NCBI GenBank assembly: GCA_000708835.1 | Contig: DF237236.1 | Location: 47,231-111,230, forward strand | Reading direction: 5' to 3' | DNA: 64,000 nucleotides | From: Klebsormidium nitens | Lineage: Eukaryota; Plantae; Klebsormidiophyceae | Part shown: in pieces, positions 34,901 to 46,266 of the stretch | Layout: each line of letters opens with the position of its first letter | Position numbering within the stretch: the first letter of the stretch is position 1 | Translations under genes and position numbers: made by a program | Notes under the pieces: generated by a model | The model's input: the letters and a program-made list of their open reading frames with translations, nothing else | Databases searched by the model: none | What the model was told of the DNA's origin: nothing

Positions 34901-37321
34901 CTTTATCACCATTGATAGACCTCGCTTTTTCCCTTCTGGTGTTCTAGCGCACGCTGTGATCAAGTTCAACCAAGGACGGCTTCTAGAATTCCGGTTTAAA
35001 ACGGTTTGCGTAGGGAGATGTATGTTTCGAAACGTCTTCGAATTCCTCCGACGTTGGATGCACTCCATACGATTTTGTAGGTGACCCTCAGATGAAAGCG
35101 GCTCCTGAGCTGCTGGCATCAAGACTTCGAAATGCAAGCAACGGTTTGCATGCTACCCCGCAAAGCCTCTCAGCAGTCTGACTTATTTGTGTTACGCAGA
35201 TGCTTTGGCTTGCTTGGATGAACCGTGGACAATCGTGCTGAAAGTCTTAAATAGATAGGTTGACTACGTAAGCAGACGACTCGCCTTCTGCAGACGCAGT
35301 CTTGCAGATTCATTTCGGCTCTAGAGGCTAACCTGATTTCCGCTGCCACAGTCAGAGGCACTGAACAGAGTCATTTTGTGGTCCTTAAATATCATCTTTA
35401 CTTATGCAGCGAAGGGATGCACGGTCTTCACCTGACCTGACCCGTGAGAGTCCCATAAAAGCAAGCCAGAGACTCGTAACTAAATTGTTCGCTTTGTTTT
35501 TCTTTCTTCGACTACTGAGTCGCCTTCAGTCTCATCAAACGGTTAAGTATCAAGACCCCAGAGAGTCTAGTCAAGTGCATGATTACAAATAGTGACAAGC
35601 TTCCCCACCGCTTTTGCTAAACCAATTCCTGCGATCGCATTCTACTCGGGCGCCGGGGAAATGAACGGTCATAATGACGCAGTTCCGAGCTGGCTCAACT
35701 GATCAAAGATAGACCCCAAAGACCAAAAGATACTCCCAGCAATGTGGATGCATCTTCGTTGGGTATGGCACACAATCCTCACGTGTCTAGATCATCACTT
35801 GCAATCACATTTCTGTTGGGCGACAAGGAGAATTCCGGTCAGACTGACGTAGGTACGAGCTGGGTCGACTGATCAAAGACAGACCCAGAAGACGAAAAGA
35901 TACTCCCAGCAATGTGGATGCATCTTTCATTGGGTATGGAACACACACCTCACCTGTGTAGATCATATCCTGCAACTGCGTTGTAGTTGGGGGCGGGGGC
36001 GTTGGATTTGATGGTCACAACGACGCGGTTCCGTGGCGCGTCAACTGTGATGCCCAGCGTACCGCATCCTTTGTACTCCATATCCTGCACAGGTGGTGCA
36101 GATTAATTTGATCCTGAATGTAGTGTATGATAAGCTTCAATGAGTCAATAAGCTACAACACGCTACAATAAGCGCAAGTTTTTTCAAAAAAACCTTTCTA
36201 ACACTGGTGGGGTTAGTATGGGGGTTTAGGGTGGGCATGGGTTTGGAGCGGGGAAGGTTTTGGGTTGAGGTTTTCTGTCGGCTTCGACTTATTTCAAGTT
36301 GAGCAATCGGCGCTGTTCCAGAGGGTTCATGAGTCTGGGGCCTTATCCCTGGATCTGAACTCCTTACTCTCGCTTGATCTCCCTTTGTCTTCACTAGAAA
36401 CATAACGAAGCTTCTTCCGTAGCTAATGAACGCAACTCCAGGTACACAGTTCCTTCTGCCTTTCTTTGCACTTCCTCGAGGCCTGACACTGACATGAACC
36501 TCTTTTGTGTCTTTGCTTTCAATCAACCGTTGGAGTAGAAACAAAGGGTCATTTACTACCACCACATTTCACTTAACGGATGACTTGGTACAGCAGAGGA
36601 TAACCTCCCAGGAAGCAAGCAATTGCCGTGTCTTACCGATCTTCGTGTCGCACATGCCAATTGTATTTGCTCCGGGACTCTGACAGCCCTGAGGCCACAC
36701 GGCCCTCAAGAGAAACTGGTACGGCATTTTCCTGAGTGGCTAGCTCGGGGCTGGTCAGAGTATCCAAAAGAAGCAACCACTCAAAGTGCGGCACTCAGGT
36801 ACGCAAAGTATGCAGCAGAAGCTGCCGCAATATGATCAGGTGTTATGATTCTCTTTTGCACGCTGTCAGAGTGTCTCTTCAACCAAGGAGACTGGTTGAA
36901 GCGCCGATGCAGAACCCCAACCACTCAATGTCAGCACTCACAACATTCCAGGAGAAAGCGAGCGAAGCTACTTGGTTAGCTTCTAGATGTGAAGTCTCAC
37001 TACAAAATGTTTTCCTAATTGACTTTACTACGTAAAGTTCCCTCCATTGACCCCTTGTCCGAGTTATACCAGGCCTCTCAGGGGCATCCCTACTCCTCTT
37101 TACGTCCCCCATTCACACCAGATCTCACAAATTGCCAAGTACGAAGTTCAGCCCTGCGACCAACTAACCTTGACAAGCTCCTTGGCAGTCCCGTCTTGGT
37201 AGACCCCCATCACATTGCCCCTAAGAACAGACCCCACAAGGAATCGCTGATGCTTGGCGTCCCAGTCAATGCTCTCAGGAAACTGCTGAGGGGCAGTGTA
37301 GGTGATTCGTTCTGGAGCCAT
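31959..37321 (-). CDS. Six-bladed beta-propeller, calcium-dependent phosphotriesterase / SMP-30-gluconolactonase-like family, 6 exons, ~306 aa
   Basis: Exons (minus): 37321-37169, 36084-35954, 34820-34663 (GC donor gcgagt), 34161-34010, 32706-32530, 32108-31959; 921 nt in frame. Motifs FPESIDWD..RFLVGS, LGITVD, GYDLHSGERLFL, ANDSAVD..IYTTD, GLNGLV, GADGI..DGRLVV, STTAVA. From memory this resembles Arabidopsis At2g16760. Confidence 0.85.
32780..33240 (-). repeat. Four decayed tandem copies of the intron-4 acceptor plus the first ~65 nt of exon 5 of the propeller gene
   Basis: Real (plus) ..ccgtcgatcgcgatatgcgacggctccgagccgtcgagcggaacctgg ending near 32710. Copies near 32785-32850, 32895-32968, 33045-33113 and 33173-33232, spaced about 110-150 nt apart, with divergence varying between copies. 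Confidence 0.85.
35666..35856 (-). repeat. Decayed tandem copy (~170 nt) of exon-2 3' end, GT donor and intron-2 5' segment of the propeller gene
   Basis: 35687-35821 aligns to 35856-35992 (shared aaaagatactcccagcaatgtggatgcatctt). The copy keeps a donor (cac|gtgagg versus the real cag|gtgagg). 35666-35687 is a further exon-2 fragment. Confidence 0.85.
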
Positions 37322-38382
37322 CTTTGAGCTTGCAGTGGTAGCTGCGTTTGCACTGATCTGACTATACCTGGCTAGCTTTTCAGTGTCTGATGATCTCAGT
37401 GGTCTGTGTTGTGTGATGGTGCTGCTTGTGAAGATGTCAGTGGGAGCTGGAGAGTAAAGAGGATGGTGGAGTACAGGAGCAAAGTAGAGGCTTTGTGCGC
37501 CAGTAAGGAAAGCTGAGGTATCTTGGACTTGTGCTGGTGTTCAGTTGGCCGGCGCGCTTGAGCTGATGCAAGACGCAGCCGCCTCGCCGGATGATCACAA
37601 GAGCAACGCCCGCCAGTGCGACGGCAGTGGAGACAACCAAATGTGTCTCACGAAGAGGTGAAAAACGTCTTGGCTGACAATGCTGTAGTCACGACTTCGC
37701 TGTGCACTTGCTGTTCCGTTTGCAACAGCACTTGCGATGTGTGCTGCACAAATCTGACAAGGGCCCCTCGACCTCGTGTCCACCACATCAAGCTTTCCAA
37801 AGTTCTGCTGTCTGCCACCACCAGAGCTCCTTGACTCTGAGGACGTTTTGAGCTAAAATCCATGTAGGCTTTTGCCATTGGGCTGCTCATTTGGGTGATG
37901 GTCACCCTGGTGGAGGACAGTTGGAGAGGGCATGGCTGCCCAAGCTCACTAATGTGGCCATGAGGTGCCATGAGGGAAGCTGGGGCAGCAGAGCGAGCTA
38001 GCAACTAGGATGTGGAAACCTGATTAAGTTTCAAATCTAGGTATGAATTCTGGTTCCAGAAGCAGGCAGTTCAACCCTCGGTTAAACCCTGCAACTTGGG
38101 CTGCGCGCGCGCGCGGCCGACAAGATTGGGATGCGCGGCCCGGCCGCCGGGCGAGGCCGCCGCCTGCCTAGCTGAACAAACTCCTCAATTCTTGAAGTTC
38201 CTGCTCAGTGCTCAGACACACGTACTTAGGTACCTGCTTACAAGCTTGCTGCTATGGAAAAGCTTTAAAACAGTGACGGCAACCCAAGAGCTTTTTGAGT
38301 AGGGAAGCAGGCTGCATAGCCCGCAGTTCCGACACACTTTTGGGGCACCCCTGAGTTGAACTTTTTTGCAAAAATACACGCA

Positions 38383-39783
38383 ATGGAAGGATGCTCATTA
38401 AACAAGGAGCGCTCCAACCCATTTGAAAGGCTGCCGGACGACCTTGTGCTGCGCATCCTGGAGAAGACAGCCCAAGAATATCCAAATGATCGTTCAAGCC
38501 ACCAATTAGTTGCTCAGGGGTTTGCACTAGTCGAAAGACTGTGCCAGTTGCGAACAGTATGCTCCCGCTTTGACCGGATCATTCCGCAAGCTGAAAAGTT
38601 GGTGGTTAAGACTGACGGGGTAGGCAGGACACAAAGTGGCAAGCTTCGGTTCATTGCAGAGCATCGAGTTTTGAAGTGGCTTCGAGTTATCAACCTTGAT
38701 CCGGATGCAAATCTGCTTCCAGAGGCGGTTCTGCTCACCATTTCAGCAACTGCTCCCATGCTAGAGTATGTCGAGATTGAAGCTGAAAAATTTTGGGAAG
38801 CCGAACGGGAAAAGGAGGAGACACAAGCTGAGCAGCTGTTCAGATCGCTTGCGTTGTGTCCTCAGCTCAAATCAGTGGTACTGGACAGCCACTCTACATG
38901 TTTCAAGAGACCCCTTTCTTCGAGGCATCCTCTCAAATTTCTCAGGAGCTTGGAACTGTACGGCGCCAGTCTGGCAGACTCTTTTATCTCGAGCATCACA
39001 AGAGCTTGCCCAAGTTTACAGTGTTTGATTCTTGATAATGTGTATGAGCTTGATAACGTGGTCGTCCATTCAAACAGCTTGACAAGATTGGTCGTTGAGG
39101 CTGCTGCGGAGAAGACAGCCATGCTTGAGGTGAAAGCGCATTCGCTGACCTCTTTAAAAGCATGCGGGATCATTGAGGTACATGTTGATGCCCCTACGCT
39201 AAGTGTACTAGAAGCCCGCACTGTCAAGCGACTTTCGGTGGCTGCCCCAAAGCTGGCCAAGCTCGTGTTACGCGATGTCGAAGAGGTGGCAGTGACAAGT
39301 CCATGGCAGGTCAGCAATCTAGAAGTAGCAGATGGGGCGTGGAGGCACCTCATCCAGATATGTCAAACGTGCAGTGATGCAACGGTCGTAAGGATCAAGG
39401 AAAGATACATGAAGGAGCACATAAAGCTTTCGGACTTCCTGAATCTTTCAACGACTTTGAGAAACCTGGAGGTTTTGGACGTTCCTGCTTCCCTCACAAC
39501 CAACATCGTCATGGAGCAGAATACTTCCCCTCGCTGCTTGAGTTTTCCAAACCTCAGGACTTTAACAATAGGTCTGGGGTGTCTTGGGATACATGAGCCT
39601 AGTAAGCAACTTGACTTTTGTATGCAACTAGTAGAAGCCTGCCCTGTCCTCAAGAAGCTAACTTTTGGCATCCCTGAAAGTATCGCGAGAGAGGCTCACG
39701 TAGTGCTCAAACGCTTCCTTTGTATTCAGAAACGCCACCCGCGGATTGACATAGGAATCTCTAGTTACCGGGATGACAGCTAG
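38383..39783 (+). CDS. F-box / LRR (RNI-like) protein, intronless, 466 aa
   Basis: N-terminal F-box NPFERLPDDLVLRILE..LRTVCSRF; repeated LxxLxL units (FLRSLELYG, ACPSLQCLILDN, SLTRLVV, FPNLRTLTIG, ACPVLKKLTF). Single 1401-nt open frame from the first ATG. Confidence 0.8.
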   Translation: MEGCSLNKERSNPFERLPDDLVLRILEKTAQEYPNDRSSHQLVAQGFALVERLCQLRTVCSRFDRIIPQAEKLVVKTDGVGRTQSGKLRFIAEHRVLKWLRVINLDPDANLLPEAVLLTISATAPMLEYVEIEAEKFWEAEREKEETQAEQLFRSLALCPQLKSVVLDSHSTCFKRPLSSRHPLKFLRSLELYGASLADSFISSITRACPSLQCLILDNVYELDNVVVHSNSLTRLVVEAAAEKTAMLEVKAHSLTSLKACGIIEVHVDAPTLSVLEARTVKRLSVAAPKLAKLVLRDVEEVAVTSPWQVSNLEVADGAWRHLIQICQTCSDATVVRIKERYMKEHIKLSDFLNLSTTLRNLEVLDVPASLTTNIVMEQNTSPRCLSFPNLRTLTIGLGCLGIHEPSKQLDFCMQLVEACPVLKKLTFGIPESIAREAHVVLKRFLCIQKRHPRIDIGISSYRDDS

Positions 39784-42047
39784 ATTGTTGGACATTGACA
39801 AAGTCTTTCGTGAATCATGACAATTCAGCCGAAGTTCGTCTGGCTTTTGCACTTCGTATCCATTGCATTTATATAGTCGAATTCAGATCCGCTGGGTTGA
39901 TGCAACACGTACTGCAATGCTACATGCCAGGCTAGCTCAAATCATACTCAGGCTTGGTCAATGCTTCATGCGGAAGGGAACTACGTGATACGCAGCCCAA
40001 ACAGAAAGTAGATTCAGTGACCAGCTGCATGGATAACGTCTAGTCTTCATTATGTGTGCCATGTTCGAGTCTGGCTCCTGTATAGCAACAAACGGCCTCG
40101 ACAAGAATTGATTACACCCTCAGTGCGCCGTCGTAACTTCGATCGGCATTGTCGTTGAGTGCTACTCTGACTCGCGGTACCTTTACACGTTCGTACAATC
40201 TCCATTGCAATCGCAAGGAGCGCTTTTTATTGTACGCTCAACTTTCATGCATGACGGAACGGGATCGATGGTTGCTGGAACCCTGTACTCTATAGCTGAA
40301 CCGATTGCATGAAAATACGCGTGCGGACCATGTGCTTATTCAGCTCAGCCATGGCTATTATAGCATTACGTATGTGAAGTGCCCATACACAGTTATTAAG
40401 CAAATCAACATGTAAGAATTGAAACAACTCTGCAGGTCTACCGTTAAGCATAATCGTTGAACAATATGCAACAAATGCAGCAATCTGACATAAATTCAGA
40501 TTGAACACTCAGGAGATTGTGTTCGGACATGCACTTGGCATGTATGAAAGACTGATTGACACAGAAAGCATAGCAGTGCAAGTTTGGTTCATGCCACATG
40601 GCTAGGGGGCGGCCAATGAATGTCTGGCTCTAGTGGATCAACAGCCCGGCAGGCCGCCTGGGAATGCAGAACATCGTTGATGTACTGCTCATGTTCTCCA
40701 GTAAAAGACTCGAGATGGCCTGAAAACAGTACTGTATAACAAAGCTGTATGAAATATCAAGGAGCAGCACGACAGAGAGTCCAACAAGAGCAACTCGATT
40801 TCTGGAAGCTACCTCCAAAAGGCGCCACCTGGAAATTGCTCGTTAAACTGCATCGTAAGTAACAAGTCAAGCTTACAAGTTAGGGATCTGATTGAAGATC
40901 CTCAAGCCTTGCAGGTTGAAGACTGAAGTTGGAGTGTCATTGCAGCCGGACACCTGCAAAAAGAATGGCAGCCGTCAATACGGCATCATCTTTGGAGTGC
41001 CTGACTGAAATACAGACGTTTGTGAGAGTTTTTGCTACTCGTTTTCTCCTGACGGACTGCTCTGTTGGAAACGCTTCTTCGGAATGTTTGATCACACAAA
41101 CATAGGAGAAATATTCACTCCAAACAAACGTCCAGAAAACACGTGTGGACCTCAACACGCAATCATAGAAGATATTTCCTTTGAAATCAACCTGCGGTCC
41201 ATCTGGCACCAACTTGCAGGACCCGACTACAACACGAAAAGGTCATATGGAAGGGCTTCCTTAAGGGTTGCAAAAAGATTCAACCGCTCACGCAGAGGAG
41301 CAGAGGTGAACCCAAAAGTGGCAAGATGAGTGGTCCCTAGCTGAAAACTTCTATCGTCCTGACAGATAACAGATCGATATTGATTGGTCGAGAAGCGATT
41401 TTAAGGCGACGGATTCTTGCGCGGCTTATCCGCAACCAGTAAACTGCTTCTTGGACTTGCTGAGGGCTGGAAAGAAAAAGGACTAGAGACGAGTCGCTCT
41501 CCAACGATGCCGCTGCTCAAAATTCTGGACGACTTTCGCGGACAAACCGCACGCACTCCTAGTTGAAGACTGTTCAAATCTAAGGAAGTTTGCTGTCTCG
41601 TCCTTATCTTCTGACTGCGCAAAAAACAGCCTTAATACATGGATAAGAACGACGAAAAACTCTTCGCTTTCCTCACCGTGTGGTTCTCGAAGGCGATTAC
41701 GTCAGCTGAGCCAGCCCGTGAGCGTTTCACTGGCAGGCGCTGCACGTGACCGCGCCTCCAACTGCTCAGAAATGCTTGCACGCCTTTTGCGCATCGAAAA
41801 CGCCGGACCTTGTTTCTCGTGATTGTTTGTCGACGCCAATCGTTTGTGCTAAAGAAGCCATACGGCAGCACAAACCAGATCGGACGGCTTTGCTCCGATG
41901 CAGAAGCCCAAGCGGTCGGAGGCAGCGAGATGCTAACGCACATTCTGCTCTCCGGCGGTGGGCCTCTTGCGAGCGCTCGACTTAAGGCGCTTAGGCCGGG
42001 GGCTGTGCACCGGTAGAGAGTCGGGCTGTGACTCAGGCCGGTTGCGT

Positions 42048-45000
42048 CTATTTGCGGTGGGTCGGGGGCAAGGGAACCACGTGGTGGAAAGGGACCGGGC
42101 GCTTGGGCAGACCCTCGACGCCGGGCTCTTCGTCGTCGTCGAACTCGAGGAGGTAACTAGGGACGCAAACGTAAACGCCAGATCAGGTGAAGTGTTCGCT
42201 CATGTGGTTATGGCTTTCAGCAGCTTTCAAAGCAGGAGCAAAGAACAGACACTTCGACCATGAACGTACTGGTGACCAAGGTCATCTTCAAACACAGTCT
42301 AGGCCGTAAATCGGTAAGCTTGGTGATACAACACTGTATGACTTTGACGATGTCAGGTACACCGTTGTACAAGCAAACAGGCAATGGTGTTCGTGTTCGT
42401 CTTGGCGGCTGAAACGTCTTCTGAAGTTTCTTCTCGGAAGAGCATACATAGAGTAGACTGAAAGGAAAGAGCATACACAGAGTAGATTAATAGGAAAACG
42501 AACCAGCGGGTAAGCAGACCACTCACTCGTCGGTCTTCTTCTGTGAAGCCAGAAAAGGAGGAGATTGGTCGATGAGCCGATGGCGATTCGTATGGTAAGA
42601 GGTCGATGGGGAAGGGGGAAAGGGACAACGAGAGAAACCAGATTAGCCACGATTACTAGGCCATTCAGTCACAAGACGCCTTTCCTGCCAAGTGTTGCGA
42701 CCATCTGAATCTTTCAAGAGGAGGCGAACCGAAGGGAGCCGCTTTCAATGCAGCAGGGACGGTAACGACGCACTGAGGCAATCGACCAAGCAACAACCAA
42801 TCGATAACAATCTCAATTCAGTCTTGAGCTTTGCCCTCGACAATCCGCTCTCTCGAATCAGAGCGTCCCATACCTTGCGAGGTGACCCGGCGACTCTGGC
42901 TCGGTAGAGAGCCGTCGTGCCCGGATACACCGCCAGCACCATGCTCCCAGGGGGATACTCGGGCGCCCGGTTAGCTTCCGACTGGGTGGGCTTCGGAAGC
43001 GCAATGATGCAAGCCGCCGGAAGGACGTACCGCCTGTGTCAACAAAGCTCAACTTCACGTTTTGCCTCAATCTGCGTTCTTCATAAAAATGGGGCACCTA
43101 GCCTCGCGGAAGATGACCGAAACGAAAGGGGACGGGGAATTGTTTTCATATCGATCTCGTGATGGCTTTTTTCTGCAAGAAGGTCCTGTATCAGGGGGCA
43201 GGACTTGCGAAAGCGTCTTGTTGACTCCAAGACAACGAGTCGGTCCATCCCAGCTGAAAGCGGATAACTTTGGCACGCTCGTTAAGGGCGGTGAACATTA
43301 TGTTTGTTCCTACCAACTCATTCAGCAGGACGGGTGAAAGTCAAGAAGTAGCCTTTCCCAATGGTCTCACAGAGCGCAGGGGCCAAGTTCAGCGAGTGAA
43401 GCTAGAATGGTTCAACCATCCTCTATGGGCGACTTGCACAGGGTGAAACATTGGCGAGACTGAGGGAAAAGATTGAAGAAGGCTGGTAGTTCGTCGACCC
43501 TGAGCTTTCGCACAGGCATCTGGCTTCCAGAAGCTCACCTTGGCTCTGCGTTCTCCCCGACTTCTTCATCGACCACCCAGTACCTGCGAAGGGAACATTT
43601 GATGCTTGCCATGAGTGTCTTTGTTTGTCCGGAAATACTCCAGAATCCATCAGTCGTGATTCAGCTGTTGAACGCTTTTCAGCTTTGACACCTCGAACAC
43701 CTCGTTTGCCCTCGACAAGTGCCAACAATGAATGCCAACAATGATCACTATCCTCAGTGTCGATTCAAGAATATAAAACTGCAAGCCTGACCAAGTTACA
43801 TGGACGAATTGATGAAGCTGAAAAGAGTTTTCGAAAGTGCCTTGAGCATGCAAGTAAGCTTCCGGCTTCTTACAGAGGTCTCTTGCACATTCTGGAGGGT
43901 CAGAGCTCACCTGGACAAAGGCGTATAAGAAAAGTCTGGCAGAACAAGAGCAATCCAGTGGCTTACCTCCTGCCCTCAGCGTCGTACTTTGTCACTTTCA
44001 CCAGGATCCACTCGTCAGCAGGCGCATCATCAGGACTAACACGAGCAGACACCTGCAGTAAGATGACCAGCGTTGTGACATTGAACCTCTTGTGGTGGAC
44101 TGCATCTTCAGTGTATAGTTCTGCAAAGGAGTCGCACACAAACATAGGCAATCTGATATAAATGCATATTAAAAAATGTAGGAGCTGCAAAGCTGAGGGT
44201 GTACCTGCAGAATGCACCCTTTCTTTTGACGTTCTTATGCTAGTTTTACCCTGTCTTAACAGGGATGAGGCAGGTTCAAGAAAGTTTACCTGTTCCCCAA
44301 TGACAACGTTAGGGGAGTCTCTGCTCCTTGGAGATGGGGATGGCGAGTTCCAGTCTCCATTTATGTTTATCATCCGATTGGACCCCTCTGTCTTTACCTT
44401 GCGCTTCTTCTCTGAAGGCTCTGCAAACAAAGAGCGCGATAGCATCAAAAGTTTGACGGCTGAAAAAAGGCAGCTGGAAAAGTTCCAAGGAAACAACAAC
44501 CGTCTTACGAGGTTTAGAAGGTCGACAACTTATCCGAAGTTGCAGAAAAACACAGCACAAATCAGCCCGGGACCATGGAACAACTTACAGAAAAGGAGGT
44601 TACTTTGGGTTTTCCATCAAGGTTGGTATACAAACATTGTCGCAGCGGAGACGTCTTGAAACAACTGTAAACCATCCGTCATGCAAGCACCTCGTTCCCA
44701 CAGTCTATAGCTGTGCGGGCTGAACAGGTCTTGGTTGGTGTTTACCATGTTTTTGCTTGAGCGGAGGGAGTTGTCCTGGTAGCAGCTGAGTTTGAATCTC
44801 CTGCATGCAATGGCCAGCCAACCTGGACAACAGCAAATGCCGAAGTGTTGAGAGGGCCAATTCTATAGTCGTCATCAGCACAGCCTGGCACTTATTCAAT
44901 ATATCGGAACTGCTAGAATGACTGGCTGTTTGCTCCAGTTTCCACCAGGGCCCTACACATGGATATCTGCTCCCCCACCTGGGAATCTTGATTCTGAGAC

Positions 45001-45541
45001 TTAAGAAGCTGTGACACTATGCGCCAAGAGATAGCAGTGTGCTTCTATCTGCTTCTGAGGTGTGCCACATGCAGTGCAAAAAGTAAGCAGGTGCGCGCAC
45101 GTTGGATGACTATCCATCCTGCAACTCACTTCTCTTCCCTCTCAGCGAGCTCTCTGGCCTCCACGTAAAAGCCCCGCAGCCTGCTCCACAGCTCCTCTTT
45201 GAACTTCTCTGCTTTTATCACATCTGCAGGAGAGGGGAAAGTCAGCTTGACCAACTTCCAGAAAACATCCATGTTCTTCAAACCATGTTCTGCACCGAAG
45301 CGGTTGCCTCAGGACCTCAACCACCTTAAGGAACCAAGGTGACTTGTGGTAATCAAGCGCAAGCTCTAACCATGTCAGAATTGGTTGACAGCGATGAGCG
45401 AAGCGATGACTGGCACAACATACCTGTTTCGCCCAGCCTCAGATGGATTTTGTTGATCTTCCTGAGCACTCCGTCCTGTGCTCTCCTGCAAGATTCCAAT
45501 TCCTGCAAGTATCGCAGAGCGGAAGCCGAGAGTATTGCCAT
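42048..45541 (-). CDS. SGF29: SAGA complex subunit SGF29 (tandem Tudor, H3K4me reader), 9 exons including a 14-nt micro-exon, ~277 aa
   Basis: Exons (minus): 45541-45424, 45223-45130, 44822-44746, 44420-44290, 44052-43967, 43583-43539, 43033-42874, 42540-42527, 42156-42048; 834 nt in frame. GEQVSARV..DEWILVKV, VVDEE, VLAVYPGTTALYRARV, YLLEFDDDEE..VPFHHVV match plant SGF29. Confidence 0.93.
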
Positions 45542-46266
45542 CACCACAATGAGCAGAATGCAATATGAGGCGGGTGCTGCTAGCGGTCAGCTGGTGAGAG
45601 GCGGGCTTTCAAGCCGCTGCAAAATTCGTGAGGGGTGAATCATTGAAACTCAAAAGGCATCTTCTTCACCCCTCACGTGCTCTCGTTATAGCACCGCCAC
45701 AGCCCCAGCTCTGCCACTCTTTGCATTGAACCATTTGCTACAGGATGCTCTCTTTCCTTCATTGAGTTTAATATATTATTTGCTGCCTGAGCCTCCAGTT
45801 CAGGAACGTGAGGGCCAATGCAGATTGACTGGAGAGCAGCGGATACTCGGCAGGGCCGGTCAAGGTCCATGGTTACTTTGCGGGTTTACCCAGGTTTAGC
45901 ATACGCACTCACACCAGTTTTCTTTCTAGGGACTGATTGCCCGGGCGCCGGCCCCAACTTTCATCTGACAGGGATACCCGGCCCCGGCCGGTGAGGCAAG
46001 AAAAATGAGCACGGGGGATATGCTGTCCTAGGTTAAATAACTGGTCAGCTCCTGACCGTGGCCACGTCACTCGCTCCCTCTGCACTGAATTGAGAAATTT
46101 TGCTCAGCTAGTGCTGGTGACTCTCTGACAGTTAGAGGGAGGACAACAGTTGCATTGCAGCTCAGGAGGGCAGGCTTTGTGATTTACTGGCTGTCTTTTG
46201 AGCCCTACATACGGTACCAGCTTTCAAGAAGGGGCAGTAAGGCGTGGTGTTTGCGGGGTAGTGACG

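Noticed and set aside
36225-36231. TTTAGGG telomere-type motif
   Set aside because: Single copy in a G-rich intron stretch; expected by chance.
45673-45870. 65-aa ORF upstream of SGF29 as an extra exon or uORF
   Set aside because: SGF29 homology begins at 45541 and no frame-consistent splice link could be supported.
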